56,048 bases of DNA from a virus (taxonomy: Duplodnaviria > Caudoviricetes). The notes below the pieces were generated by a model. That model searched no databases, was not told where the DNA came from, and worked only from the letters and a program-made list of their open reading frames with translations. How positions within the stretch are numbered: the stretch's first letter is position 1; each line of letters opens with the position of its first letter. The position numbers were made by a program, and so were the translations under genes. Below, piece after piece: positions 17,899 through 27,300 of the stretch. The stretch covers positions 1 to 56,048 of IMG/VR virus record IMGVR_UViG_3300031180_000001. One strand, given 5' to 3'.

Positions 17899-19216
17899 GG
17901 CATTGATCGCCCGCTTCGCCGATTCTCTCTTGCTTGTCTCGGCGGCACATCAACGGCTTTTTGAGGGGCACATTAAAGCTCTCGGGAATTTCGAGGATTG
18001 CCAGCGCCTCATGGCTGCCGCCCAAGATGAGGATGACGATTTTTGGCCTGATGAGGGTGACTGGCGTACTTACCACCGTCCTTACGTTGTGAAGGGCGGC
18101 ATTCTGCAAATTCCCATTCAGGGCGTTCTGCTGCACGATTTCCCCTGGTTCGTTCGCGGTCTGGCGACAGGCTACGAATACATTCGACGCGCGTTTGAAC
18201 GCGGAATGGCCGATGACGATGTTCGCGCAATCGCGCTTCTTATCAACTCCCCTGGTGGCGAGGTTGCCGGTAATTTCGATCTCGTCGATAAGATGTACGC
18301 GGCGCGCGGAAAGAAGCCTGTGAGGGCATTTGCGCATGAATATGCCTATTCGGCGGCTTATTCTATTGCCTCGGTGGCGGATCACATTGCTGTTTCTCGC
18401 ACGGGCGGAGTTGGCTCAATCGGCGTCGTGATGGCGCACGTCGATATGAGTAAAGCTCTCGATCAGGCTGGTTTCAAAATTACTTTCATCTCGGCTCCCG
18501 AGGGCGGCCATAAGACGGATGGCAACCCATTTGAGCCGTTGAAACCGGAAGTGAGGTCTCGTCTGCAAAAGAGGGCAAACGAGCTTTATGACCTTTTCGT
18601 GGCGACTGTCGCCCGAAACCGCAGCATGGATGAAAAAGCCATTCGGGATACGAAGGCTTTGACATTCTCTGCGGCAGAAGCCGTGTCGATCGCGTTGGCC
18701 GACTCTATTGGCCCTCTCGACGACGCGTTGGCAGCGTATGCAGCCGAGCTTTTTGGAGCAAATGGAGAGGTTGACATGACGACGAAGGAAAAGGACAACG
18801 CGGCTGCTGTCCAAGCCGCGCGTGATGAGGGTTACGAGGTGGGCTACGCCGAGGGTTACAAGGCGGGCTACGCCAAGGGCGAGGATGCTGGCATCGCGGA
18901 GGGTGCCAAGGCTGAGCGCGAGCGCATTAACGCGATTATCTCCTCTGAGGAAGGAAAGGCTCATCCGAAGGCCGCTCTTTCCGCTGCCCTCAAGACGGAT
19001 ATGACGGTCGATCAGGCTCGTGCGTTCCTCGCTGATCTGCCCGAGGAAAAGGTTCAGGTCGCAGCTCAGGTTCCGGTTCAGGCGTCTGCCGACAATAAGC
19101 AGAAGTTCGACGCTGCCATGAATCAGGACCGGCCCGATGTGGGGTCTGACGTTGAGGCCAGCAAGGACGACGATCCTATTGCGCTGGCGCGGGCGTTTGG
19201 CCTCCAAGGGTTTTGA
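17891..19216 (+). CDS. S49 head maturation protease (gpC-like) with C-terminal scaffold
   Basis: INSPGGEV, AYSAAYSIAS and GVGSIGV motifs; in-frame internal start at 18776 with a GGAGAGG RBS (Nu3-like). Confidence 0.9.
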   Translation: MNEALIARFADSLLLVSAAHQRLFEGHIKALGNFEDCQRLMAAAQDEDDDFWPDEGDWRTYHRPYVVKGGILQIPIQGVLLHDFPWFVRGLATGYEYIRRAFERGMADDDVRAIALLINSPGGEVAGNFDLVDKMYAARGKKPVRAFAHEYAYSAAYSIASVADHIAVSRTGGVGSIGVVMAHVDMSKALDQAGFKITFISAPEGGHKTDGNPFEPLKPEVRSRLQKRANELYDLFVATVARNRSMDEKAIRDTKALTFSAAEAVSIALADSIGPLDDALAAYAAELFGANGEVDMTTKEKDNAAAVQAARDEGYEVGYAEGYKAGYAKGEDAGIAEGAKAERERINAIISSEEGKAHPKAALSAALKTDMTVDQARAFLADLPEEKVQVAAQVPVQASADNKQKFDAAMNQDRPDVGSDVEASKDDDPIALARAFGLQGF

Positions 19217-19282
19217 TTTTAGCTGCGCGTCACGTTAAACGGGCCGTGGCAAGGCTAACGCAATAGATTTGAGGATGCGACA

Positions 19283-19705
19283 ATGGCTGACGTGAAAATT
19301 CCCTACCCCGAGGCGGGGCTCGCGGCCTTCGAGGCTTTGGATAGCTACGAGGCAGGGCTGCTGATTTCTGGCAACTGGCCTCCGCTTTCTCCAGGTTATC
19401 CGTTGGAGGTTAAGGCTGACGAGGAGCTGCCGCAGTTCGCCGTGGTCGGGCTCGATTCTGACGGCAAGCTCGTGATGGCGACTTATGACGACGATCCTAG
19501 TGCCGCCATCAAGCCGATCGGCATTTGCACCCAGGCGGTCAAGGGCGATTCCGGTGGCGGTACGACGGTGCCGGTCATCTACTCAGGCTGCTTCAATCCC
19601 GACATGCTCGTTTGGGACGACTCGTTCGACACCGACGAAAAGAAGCTCAACGCCTTCGTCGGATCGCCGACTCCGACACAGATCGTACTCCGTAAGCGCG
19701 GGTGA
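19283..19705 (+). CDS. Head decoration protein, gpD-like
   Basis: Lies between protease and capsid; YSGCFNPDMLVW motif. Confidence 0.85.
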   Translation: MADVKIPYPEAGLAAFEALDSYEAGLLISGNWPPLSPGYPLEVKADEELPQFAVVGLDSDGKLVMATYDDDPSAAIKPIGICTQAVKGDSGGGTTVPVIYSGCFNPDMLVWDDSFDTDEKKLNAFVGSPTPTQIVLRKRG

Positions 19706-19773
19706 GAAAGCTGCCGTCACCGTTCAGGTGGCGGCGTTTGATTGGCCACATTCGAGATTGAGGGTGAAAAGCG

Positions 19774-20868
19774 ATGGCGAACAGCAACCCCTACGAGGTT
19801 TGGGATACCCGTAAGAGCCTCGGCGTTTTCCGCGATTTGAAGCCGACGCCGAGCTATTGGCGGCAATTTTTCCCCAATAGCATCACGAGCACGGACGAGT
19901 GGATCGATTTCGAGAAGCTGCCCGCCCAGGTGCGCAAGCTCGCTCCGTTCGTGCGGCCGCTTGGTGCCGGTAAGCCGATCTATCAGGACAGTTCGACCGG
20001 CTTCCGGTTTAAGCCAGCGTACATCAAGGTCAAGGATGCGATCGATCCGCTCGCTCCGCTCGTGAAGCGGCCGGGTGTTGATCGCTCCATGCTCAATGAG
20101 GCTGACCTCACGCCGATGCAGCGCCGCGAGTTGCTGCGTCTCGCGATGACTCAGCAACACGTTGCGTCGATCGAGCGTCGTTGGGAGTGGATGTGCGCTC
20201 GCGCCATTATTGACGGCAAGGTCACGATTGAGGGCGAGGAATATCCTGCCGTTGAGTTGGATTTCCGCCGTGCTTCCAATCATACGATCGTCAAGTCCAC
20301 GCAGGGCACCTACTGGGGTGACGAGGGTGTGAGCATCTTCGATGAACTCCAGACGTGGATCGATCGGATGTTCAATGCCCCGTTCGGAGGCTTCCCAACT
20401 CGGTTGACGATTGGATCGAAGGTCTGGAAGGTTTTCCGTAAGGACCCTGAGATTCAGAAGCACATGGACATGACAGTTCGCGAACCTCGCGCAACCGTCG
20501 AACGCGGTCTGATCTCGCCCGAAAAGGTCGTCAAGGTTGGTGAACTGATCGTCGGTGGTTCCTCTGGCGCGGCTATCGAGGTCTATCTCTACAGCGACAC
20601 CTACGTTGATGAGAAAGGCGTTGAGCGGCCGTTCCTTGAGCCAACTGACATCGTGCTCACGGCAAGCCCCGATCAGATCATGGGCTACCAGTGCTTCGGC
20701 GCGATCATTGATCCGTACTCGCGGTATCAGGCCATGCCGATTTTCCCGCGCAACTGGATCGAGCAAGGCGATCCTGCCGTCGAGTACATGATGCACCAGA
20801 GCGCGCCGCTCATGGTGCCGGTCAATCCGAACGCTACGCTTAAGGCGACGGTCGTTCCGTCGAACTGA
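19774..20868 (+). CDS. Major capsid protein, lambda gpE family
   Basis: LAPFVRP, FKPAYIK, RWEWMCARA and QSAPLMVP motifs. Confidence 0.92.
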   Translation: MANSNPYEVWDTRKSLGVFRDLKPTPSYWRQFFPNSITSTDEWIDFEKLPAQVRKLAPFVRPLGAGKPIYQDSSTGFRFKPAYIKVKDAIDPLAPLVKRPGVDRSMLNEADLTPMQRRELLRLAMTQQHVASIERRWEWMCARAIIDGKVTIEGEEYPAVELDFRRASNHTIVKSTQGTYWGDEGVSIFDELQTWIDRMFNAPFGGFPTRLTIGSKVWKVFRKDPEIQKHMDMTVREPRATVERGLISPEKVVKVGELIVGGSSGAAIEVYLYSDTYVDEKGVERPFLEPTDIVLTASPDQIMGYQCFGAIIDPYSRYQAMPIFPRNWIEQGDPAVEYMMHQSAPLMVPVNPNATLKATVVPSN

Positions 20869-20950
20869 GCGTGCGTCTGACGGTTTCCGTCAGAACCTTC
20901 AAGAGCTGGCGACCATTCCGGTCGCCAGCCCATCCCAAAGGGAGACACCA

Positions 20951-21244
20951 ATGAAGTTGATTGCCATTCATGAGATCGAATACTGCCTAAACAGGAAGCG
21001 GCACGCCGCGCGCCCTGGTCACCTTTTCGAGGTTGATGATGAGACTGGTGCGCGTCTCAAGAAGATGGGTGCTGCCCGCGATCCAGATGATGCCGAGCTG
21101 GCTCTTGAGGCCCTTCGCGCCGGTAAGATCCAGATCTCAAAGGATACCAAGGTTGAAAAGGAAGGCGAGGAGCAGCCGAAGCGTCGTGGCCGTCGTCGCG
21201 CCGAGGAAGGTGACGACTCCAACAAGGATGATGACGTGGTGTAA
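20951..21244 (+). CDS. Hypothetical protein downstream of capsid (FI-like position)
   Basis: RBS, position and low-complexity tail. Confidence 0.7.
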   Translation: MKLIAIHEIEYCLNRKRHAARPGHLFEVDDETGARLKKMGAARDPDDAELALEALRAGKIQISKDTKVEKEGEEQPKRRGRRRAEEGDDSNKDDDVV

Positions 21245-21627
21245 TGGGGCCTTTTAGGCAACATATCCGCGAGGCGCGTCGGGCACTTCATGACTACATG
21301 AGTGTCCCGGCGCTCTGCTTTAATTGGCCCTTGCCAGACGGTGAGGAGCCGAAGCGGGTTTCTGTGCGAATTCACGACAAAATCACCATCGTCGGCGACC
21401 TCAAGGGAACGAATTTCCATTACGCCGAGAGATACGATTACGTCCCACGCGCCATTTTCATGCGGGATGAAATTACTCCGCAAAGAAAGATGATCCTCAC
21501 TGTTGAGCCGGGAATTGCCTACCGGATCGACAGTGTTGAACCGCCAGATGAAATTACGATCACGGCGAATCTGACGCGTATTCGTCCAGAGGAAACGGTC
21601 GGAATGCCCTTCCCCGAGAATGATTAA
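21244..21627 (+). CDS. Head closure / head-tail joining protein (FII-like)
   Basis: Position, size and FRQHIREARRALH start. Confidence 0.65.
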   Translation: MGPFRQHIREARRALHDYMSVPALCFNWPLPDGEEPKRVSVRIHDKITIVGDLKGTNFHYAERYDYVPRAIFMRDEITPQRKMILTVEPGIAYRIDSVEPPDEITITANLTRIRPEETVGMPFPEND

Positions 21628-22225
21628 GGATTACGTTATATTCATTGAGGGATTAAGCGATCTCGGGGACCTTCGTGAACTCAAGCCCGAGATCCTGAAA
21701 GCGGCGTCGATGGCCGTCAACAAGGCCGCCGACAGGGCTAGGGTTCGCGCCGCAAAGGAAATGCGGCGGCAAGTCAATTTCCCGGCACGCTACCTGGAGG
21801 GTCAAAACAGTCGTCTGCGCGTGACGAAACGCGCGAAGCCTGATGACCCGGTTGCCATCATCACGGGTCGCAGGCGACCGACATCTCTCGCCCGTTTCGC
21901 GACGGGCTCTCGCAAGGGCCGTGGAGGCGGCGTCTATGTCACCGTCAAACCGGGTCGTAGCCGCTTCATTGGTCGCTCGTTTCTCATGCCCCTGCGCGCA
22001 GGTCGCGACGAATTGGGCAACGTTGGTCTCGCTGTTCGTACCAAGCGCGGGGCTCGGCCGAGGAATGCCTACAAGCCGGTGAAAATCGCCGAGGGGTTGT
22101 GGCTGCTCTACGGCCCGAGCGTCGATCAGGTTTTCAAGACTGTGCGTGAGGACATCGCGCCAGATACGCAGGAATTCCTTGCTCGGGAATTCGCGCGATT
22201 ACTCAATCTCGACATCGTGAGGTAG
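21620..22225 (+). CDS. Tail completion / neck protein (gpZ-like)
   Basis: Basic protein with AVNKAA, RPTSLARF and LYGPSVDQVF motifs. Confidence 0.75.
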   Translation: MIKDYVIFIEGLSDLGDLRELKPEILKAASMAVNKAADRARVRAAKEMRRQVNFPARYLEGQNSRLRVTKRAKPDDPVAIITGRRRPTSLARFATGSRKGRGGGVYVTVKPGRSRFIGRSFLMPLRAGRDELGNVGLAVRTKRGARPRNAYKPVKIAEGLWLLYGPSVDQVFKTVREDIAPDTQEFLAREFARLLNLDIVR

Positions 22226-22227
22226 TT

Positions 22228-22734
22228 ATGAAAGTTCCTTTCAGGTTGCGCGTCCTTCGGGCGCTCACGGAGGTTATCGAGGGTGTAAACCCCGATAATG
22301 GCTATGAGAACGATCTTCGCGGCAAGGTGTTTCGCGGTCGGGCGGTTTACGACGACAACGACCCTCTACCGATGGTGTCGATCATGGAGCCTCCCATTCC
22401 CCTGGAGGTTATGCTTTCTCGGGAATCCAATCCCAATTCTACCGGCGATTGGGAATTGCTCATTCAGGGCTTCGTTCCCGATGATCCCGCTAATCCGAGC
22501 GATCCAGCGCATATTCTGATGGCCGAGGTCAAGTCGGTTCTCGCGAAGGAAAAGAAGCGGGATCGTGGTCGCAATATCTTCGGTATCGGCTACGGAAGCG
22601 GCGGCAGTGCCATTGTCGATATGGAGATCGGACAAGGCTCTGTGCGCCCAGGCGATGATACGTCCGCGTATACGTTTTTCTGGCTTACACTCACGCTCAA
22701 GCTATCCGAGAATTTGGAGGACCCTTACGCGTAA
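22228..22734 (+). CDS. Tail terminator protein (gpU-like)
   Basis: Position before the tail tube gene; VFRGRAVY motif. Confidence 0.65.
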   Translation: MKVPFRLRVLRALTEVIEGVNPDNGYENDLRGKVFRGRAVYDDNDPLPMVSIMEPPIPLEVMLSRESNPNSTGDWELLIQGFVPDDPANPSDPAHILMAEVKSVLAKEKKRDRGRNIFGIGYGSGGSAIVDMEIGQGSVRPGDDTSAYTFFWLTLTLKLSENLEDPYA

Positions 22735-22810
22735 GACTTGGCAAGATTGTCACTTTTGAGGTATTAAAGCACGCGCAACGTGCGTTGCAGCCTAGCTAGG
22801 AGATGGTGAA

Positions 22811-23599
22811 ATGGCGAACAACTACACCCTTGGTCGTGGCGAGCTGTGGTTCGCGAAGTACAAGCCTGGAACTCAGGAGCCCGGTGGCGAGCGCTATTTC
22901 GGGAATACCCCTGAAATTAACTTTACAATCGAATCCGAGACGCTGGACCACTTCAACAGCGACCGTGGAATCAATGAAAAGGACGCGTCGATCGTTCTTT
23001 CGACGAATCGCACCGGCTCGTTCATCACGGATAACATCGATCCGCACAACATCGCGCTGTTCTTCCTTGGCAGCGTGTCGAATTTCACCGAGGCGGGCGG
23101 AAGTGTGAGCGATGAGGAGATCGCCGACGTTGAGCCCGGTCTCACCTATCAGCTTGGCATGAGCCCGACAAACCCGGTCGGTGCTTTCGATCTCGACGAG
23201 AGCGATCCTGTTGAGGTCAAGGATGATACGACCCCCGATCCGAACGTGTATGTGGCGGGAACCGATTATACGATCGATTACAGGCTCGGTCGTCTGACGA
23301 TCCTTGAAGGCGGTTCGATCACCAAGGGTAAGAAACTACTCGTAAGCTACAAGACGAAGGCGGGCACGCGTCCTCGCATTATCTCGGGTTCGTCGGCCAT
23401 TGAGGGTGCGCTCCGCTACATCGAGTACAACCCGGTCGGTAAGAACAAAATCTGGTACATGCCTTACGTAAAAGTCAGCCCGAACGGCGACTACGCGCTC
23501 AAGGGTGACGAGTGGCAACAGATTCCGTTCTCGCTCGAAATTCTCAAGAAGTCGAACATGGAGGCCATCTACATCGATGGTCAGCCGCTCGCGGTTTAA
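22811..23599 (+). CDS. Major tail tube protein
   Basis: NYTLGRGELWF, RYFGNTPE, SPNGDYALKGDEW motifs; strong RBS. Confidence 0.85.
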   Translation: MANNYTLGRGELWFAKYKPGTQEPGGERYFGNTPEINFTIESETLDHFNSDRGINEKDASIVLSTNRTGSFITDNIDPHNIALFFLGSVSNFTEAGGSVSDEEIADVEPGLTYQLGMSPTNPVGAFDLDESDPVEVKDDTTPDPNVYVAGTDYTIDYRLGRLTILEGGSITKGKKLLVSYKTKAGTRPRIISGSSAIEGALRYIEYNPVGKNKIWYMPYVKVSPNGDYALKGDEWQQIPFSLEILKKSNMEAIYIDGQPLAV

Positions 23600-23636
23600 T
23601 CGCGAGTTTCCGGTTAGACACTAAGGGAGAACCGTA

Positions 23637-24089
23637 ATGAGTCTGAAAGATTTGAAGCTCCCCCATGAGGAAGTTAAGGTTCCTGGCGGCGACAAGTTCG
23701 CCGTCAGGGGCCTTTCGCTCGCGGACATCATGAGTATTGTCCGCAAGCACCGTGCGACCGTTTCGGCACTGTTCGATCGGTACGCGAGCGTCATTGAGGG
23801 GCAAGGGGTCAGCGAGGTCGGTCGTGAGCTTTTGGAGGCGGCTCCTGACGTTGCTGCCGACGTGATCGCTCACGCGAGCGGTGATCCCGATGCTGCCGAT
23901 GTCGCGGCTCGCCTTCCGTTTCCCGTTCAGCTTGATGCAATCGAGAAAATCGGGAGGCTGACCTTTGAGGCGGAGGGCGGCCCAAAAAAAGTGTTGGAGA
24001 CCGTCATCAGGGTGCTCCAGGGCACGACAAACTTCATGGCCGACCTCCGAAGCTCGACGAGTGGCTTGCCGGAATTCGAGCCCAGGTAA
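23637..24089 (+). CDS. Tail assembly chaperone G
   Basis: VRGLSLADI and GGPKK motifs; between tail tube and tape measure genes. Confidence 0.85.
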   Translation: MSLKDLKLPHEEVKVPGGDKFAVRGLSLADIMSIVRKHRATVSALFDRYASVIEGQGVSEVGRELLEAAPDVAADVIAHASGDPDAADVAARLPFPVQLDAIEKIGRLTFEAEGGPKKVLETVIRVLQGTTNFMADLRSSTSGLPEFEPR

Positions 24090-24289
24090 GCCTGTTACTC
24101 GATCATGGCCATCCTCATGCTTGGAATTACCCAATCGGGATGGTTTTCGTCGAAGCGCAATTCGTCGAGAAGCGGCTTAATCAGCTTGAAGTGACCCGAG
24201 CCCTCCTTTTGCAGATGGCGGTCTCGTCACTTTTCTCGAAAAAGGGTGCGAATCACTTCGCAAAGTACATCAAGCAATTGAGCGAGTAG
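23637..24289 (+). CDS. Tail assembly chaperone GT via -1 frameshift at C CCA AAA AAA (23981-23990)
   Basis: The -1 frame is open from 23969 to 24289 and encodes ...LDEWLAGIRAQVSLLLDHGHPHAWNYPIG...KQLSE*. Confidence 0.8.
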
Positions 24290-24355
24290 ACTAGCCCTTG
24301 TGTCACGTTTATGGTAACACTGCCCCAATAACGTGACACAAGGGACGTTTCCGAT

Positions 24356-27300
24356 ATGGCCGCCGATAAGGACGTAAGGCTCGTCATTAAGGCGCGGAAC
24401 GAAGCCACCAAAGCGATCGATTCTGTCGCCGACGCCCTCAAACAGCTTTCTGAGAGCCAGAAGAAAACCGGCCAAAGCGCAAAGCAGATGGAATCTCTGC
24501 TTAGCGCCCTCGGGGCAGAATTCCAGAGGCTTACCAAGGAAGCTGCCGCGCTCAGCGCGCTTGGCAGGATTTCGTCTGAGCTGGATAGGGCCACGGCGGC
24601 CGTAAAGCGTCTTGAGGAAGCGGCGCGCAGCAGCTCGGCCGATTTCGAGCGTTTGAAGGCCGATACCGACCAAGCTGCCTCGGCCACCGCGCGTCTCAAG
24701 GCCCAAGCCGAGGCGCTGACGAATGCCTATAATCAGCAAAAGGCTGCCGTTCGCGAGGCCCGTAAAGAGCAGTCGGCAGCTAACGATGAGCTGAGGAAGG
24801 CCGAGGCACTACAACGGCGCGTTGAGGCGGCAGCGCGTCGTCACACGTCGCAGTCTCCTTGGTCGAATGCGGCTGAGTCTGCCAAGGTATTTGCAGCGGC
24901 AGAAGTTACGCGGGCCAGACAGAACGCCGAGAGGGCATCGGCGGCATTTGCACGCCTTCGTGATGAGCAAGATGCCCTGGCGCGCAGCCGCGCTGACCTC
25001 AATCAGCAGATCAAGGCGGCCGTCGCCGCTGAAATGCAGCTCGCGGCCGAGGCTGAGAAGGCGGCGCAAGCGAATCGTAAGAACCAAGAAGCCCTCGCCG
25101 CTGCCCGAGCGGAGCTTGCGCAGATTCAGAGCGTTGCTAGGAGCGCTGCCGACGCCATCGGCAGGGTAGGAATTAGCCAAGCTGAGATCGCCAAGCGCTC
25201 AGAGCAAGTCACGGCGCAATTGCAGCGTTCTCATGCCGTTTTCGCGGCCATGCAGCGTTTTTCAACCGGCGTGCCCGGTGAGTTCGCCGATCCCGAGACC
25301 GCTGCCAAGCTCCGTAAGCAGCGCGAGGAAGTTGAGAAGGCGCGGCAAGCCTATCAGCTCTTGAATGCCGAGGCTCAACGTCTCGCCCAAAATATGCGCG
25401 CCGTCGTATCTCCGTCCTCTGAGCAAGCACGTGCGGCTCGCGAGATGGCTGCGGCAGCTCGCGTCGCAGCTCAGGAGTACCAGCGCCAGCTCGCCATCCT
25501 CAATGAAATGCCGGGATCGTTCAATCGTCTGAACGGCTTCCGGGGTTTCTTCGGCGAGATTTACGGCGAGTCGCGCAAAGCGATGTCGATGTTTCAGCGT
25601 ATTCGCGGCGAAGTTCTCTCGCTCGCGACCGCCTATCTCGGCCTCTATAACGTGATCCGACAGACCGGGAACGTCATAAACTCCTACCAGAAGCTTGAGG
25701 CCGTTCAGAACCGCTTGGGCGTCGTCTTTCAGCAGAACATGACGGCGGCCAATCGTGAGATGGAATGGCTCAATCGCCAAGCTGCTCGCCTCGGTATCGA
25801 GTTTGGCGTCCTCGCCGACGAATACTCGAAATTCGCCGTTGCGGCCAAGGCAGCCAATTTCGAGAGCGAGAATATCAGGAGGATATTCCTCGCCGTCGCG
25901 GAAGCTGCCCGCGTGAACAAGCTTTCGATGGATCAGATGTCGGGCGTCTTTTTGGCGCTCCAGCAGATGATCTCGAAAGGCAAGGTCAGCTCCGAAGAAC
26001 TTCGCCGTCAGTTGGGCGACCGTCTGACAGGTGCCTTCAACATCTTCGCCGACGCGCTTGGTATTTCCACCGCGCAGCTCGACGAGATGATGAGAAAAGG
26101 TGAGGTTTTGGCAGATGAGACGAACCTCCTGCGCTTCGCAGATGAGCTGAACAAGAGGTTCGGCCCGCAGTTGGCGGAATCTCTGCGCTCGACAACCACC
26201 TTGCTCGGGCAGTTCACGAACGAGCTATTCCAGGCCCAACTCCGCGTGGCGGAAGGTGGATTTATCGACGGCTTGAATAGAGCGCTGGAGCGGATGATCG
26301 CATTTTTCCGCTCGCGCGAGGGACGAGATTTCTTTTTGGCTATCGGCGCGGCCCTCGGGCGGTTCATGGATCTGGTCGCTCTTGTCGTCGAGAACATTGA
26401 CTATTTGAGCTTCGCTTTCAAAGCGCTCATCGCCGTCAAGGTGAGCCAGTGGATCATCGGCATCGTGACAGATGCCTACAAGTTTGCCACGGCTCTCAAG
26501 GCGGCCGGTGCCAGCGCTGCCGTAGTTACGGCGGAAGTGACCACGTTGCGAGGAGCCGTCGCTGCTCTCCAGGGCGCATTCTTGGCCTTGGACGCGGTAG
26601 CCAAGCGATTCCTGATCGGCATTATCATCGCCGGGGTTTCCTACGGCCTCATGGAACTCCTCGGCTCTTGGCTCAGCAAAGTTGATGATGCCACGCAAGC
26701 CGTGGATGAGCACAGGCGTGTTGTTAATGAGGCAGTGCGCGCTTACGAGGAAGCGCAGCGCAAGGGCGGCGATTGGACGAGGGCTGTTGACGAAGGGCTC
26801 CGCCAAGCGGCTGAAAGTAACTTTATCAAGCAACTTGAGCTTTACGACGACGCGCTTAACAAGCTTCAAGCCAAGATTGGCGGTTTCAGGCTCCGCATCT
26901 TTGAGACTGCGGAGCTTACGCGCGTTCGCGATGCCGTAAGAGAGTTTGGTGAGGTCAACGCCCAAAACATCGACAAGTTCATTCGCAAGCTCAATGAGCT
27001 TGATCGTGAGATTTCGGACATTGAGGCTAAGAAGTTCCTCAATGAAATCCGTGATCTCGCCAAGGAATTCCAGACGGCTTCGCAGCGCGCCAGTGAGGCC
27101 GCCGTCGTAGCCAAGGAGCTTGGTAGCAAGCTCAAGGAGCTGGAGGAGCACGCGCAACGTTCCGCCGAGGGTATGAAGACTCTCAGCGGCTCGATGGGTG
27201 ATGTGAACAATAATGCTAGCTCCGGTACGGATGCGCTCACGCAGTACGCAAACGCTCTCGATAAGATCAAAGAGAAAATCCCTGAGCTTTCCCGTGAGAT

